From assembly GCF_000015145.1 (NCBI RefSeq), contig NC_008818.1, positions 300,001 to 332,000 of the forward strand: a stretch of DNA of 32,000 nucleotides, written 5' to 3'. Shown here in pieces: positions 31,299-32,000 of the stretch. The DNA is from Hyperthermus butylicus DSM 5456 (GTDB lineage Archaea > Thermoproteota > Thermoprotei_A > Sulfolobales > Pyrodictiaceae). A program made the position numbers and the translations under genes. The notes below the pieces were generated by a model. That model worked only from the letters and a program-made list of their open reading frames with translations. It was not told the origin of the DNA and searched no databases. The first letter of the stretch is position 1. Each line of letters begins with the position of its first letter.

Positions 31299-32000
31299 GT
31301 GTTGGCTGGGGAGGACGGGTACGGGATTCCGCGTAGCCACCCGCGCTACTGGAGCCTCGTGATACGTGAGAAGCTTGTCGAGGCTTTCCGCGAGGGCATA
31401 GTTGTACCGCAGGGCCTCATAGCTCATGGTAGGGGTGAGTGCTTCGACTACCTGATAGGCGAGGAGACGCAGCCCTTCGCCCAGGAGGCTATAGAGGCTG
31501 CAGCTGCGGCGCTCCTCCTCGCGGAACACCCTGTGATATCTGTTAACGGGAACACGGCCGCCCTAGCGGCTGAGCACATGGTACGCCTCGCGGAGCTTCT
31601 CGGTGCGCCCCTGGAGGTGAACCTATTCTACCGCACCGAGGAGAGAGCGCGGAAGATAGCTGAGCTGCTAAGGAGGCATGGCGCGCGCCGCGTCCTAGGC
31701 GTCGAGGATGCCACTGCGAGGATTCCTGGGCTGCCGAGCCCGCGGGGGATGGTTAGCCCCAATGGCATCTACCGGGCCGACGTTGTCCTCGTAGCGCTCG
31801 AGGATGGCGACCGCACCGAGGCGCTCCGGAGGATGGGTAAAACCGTTATAGCAATCGACCTCAACCCGCTGAGCCGCACAGCGAGGACAGCAAACATAAC
31901 CATTGTTGACAACATCGTCCGTGCCGCGCCGAGACTCGTAGAGGCCGTGGAGAAGCTAAGGAGCAGGCCGCGGAGCGAGCTTGAACAAATACTGGCAAGA
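31299..32000 (+). CDS. 4-phosphopantoate--beta-alanine ligase (archaeal phosphopantothenate synthetase, COG1701), 3' end off the window
   Basis: Absent from the ORF track because it has no stop in the window. My translation from GTG 31299 / TTG 31302 reads ..[85 protein letters not shown]...[27 protein letters not shown].. This matches the family as I recall it. The antisense 89-aa track ORF (31260..31529) is a shadow. Confidence 0.8.
   Translation, partial: MLAGEDGYGIPRSHPRYWSLVIREKLVEAFREGIVVPQGLIAHGRGECFDYLIGEETQPFAQEAIEAAAAALLLAEHPVISVNGNTAALAAEHMVRLAELLGAPLEVNLFYRTEERARKIAELLRRHGARRVLGVEDATARIPGLPSPRGMVSPNGIYRADVVLVALEDGDRTEALRRMGKTVIAIDLNPLSRTARTANITIVDNIVRAAPRLVEAVEKLRSRPRSELEQILAR

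Noticed and set aside
31260-31529. 89-aa minus-strand ORF
   Set aside because: It is antisense to the strongly supported phosphopantothenate synthetase gene.
1-32000. Search for a CRISPR array, prompted by the Csa3-like gene
   Set aside because: I found no run of regularly spaced 24-37 bp direct repeats in any intergenic region, including 3003-3511, 7871-8927, 17624-18862 and 20940-21520.

Overview
This looks like a chromosomal segment from a GC-rich, hyperthermophile-style crenarchaeon. Indicators are AGG/ATA/CTA-rich codon usage, frequent GTG/TTG starts, 4-nt gene overlaps, and TATA boxes about 27 nt upstream of start codons. Desulfurococcales/Pyrodictiaceae-like is only my guess. All family calls come from motif recognition in the translated ORFs; no database search was possible.

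Content, left to right:
- Sugar ABC operon: binding protein plus two permeases, the last running off the 5' edge.
- Ldh_2-family dehydrogenase.
- hypB-hypA followed by a NikR-fold regulator and an NDH-2-like flavoprotein.
- A 1-kb ORF-poor tract.
- An orphan Csa3-like (CARF + wHTH) regulator and nep1.
- MBL hydrolase and a GDPD-family gene.
- A low-GC, decayed TnpB-like IS remnant abutting an orphan PIN gene.
- A Fe3+/thiamine-type ABC binding protein with a fused double permease and no ATPase.
- A gene-decay zone, a radical SAM enzyme and proC.
- A lone archaeal type IV pilin-like gene.
- Trm-G10/Trm11-type tRNA methyltransferase and a vapBC pair.
- tupABC (tungstate) with a ModE-N/PBP fusion regulator.
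- The UPF0201/UPF0200 pair.
- A low-GC island of unknown membrane/secreted proteins.
- The 5' part of archaeal phosphopantothenate synthetase.

No rRNA, tRNA or CRISPR array was seen.

Most unusual observations:
1. A roughly 121-bp, about 99% identical inverted duplication. The antisense of the proC Rossmann-coding 5' end serves as the S/T/N-rich linker of the ABC binding protein. The two copies bracket a 3.3-kb segment.
2. Four reading-frame breaks in otherwise good genes, all at short homopolymers (G3, G3, C5, T3). These could be sequencing error, real decay or recoding.
3. A NikR-fold protein next to hypBA that lacks all canonical Ni ligands.
4. A zinc-finger-less TnpB-like pseudogene.
5. 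A stand-alone Csa3-like regulator.
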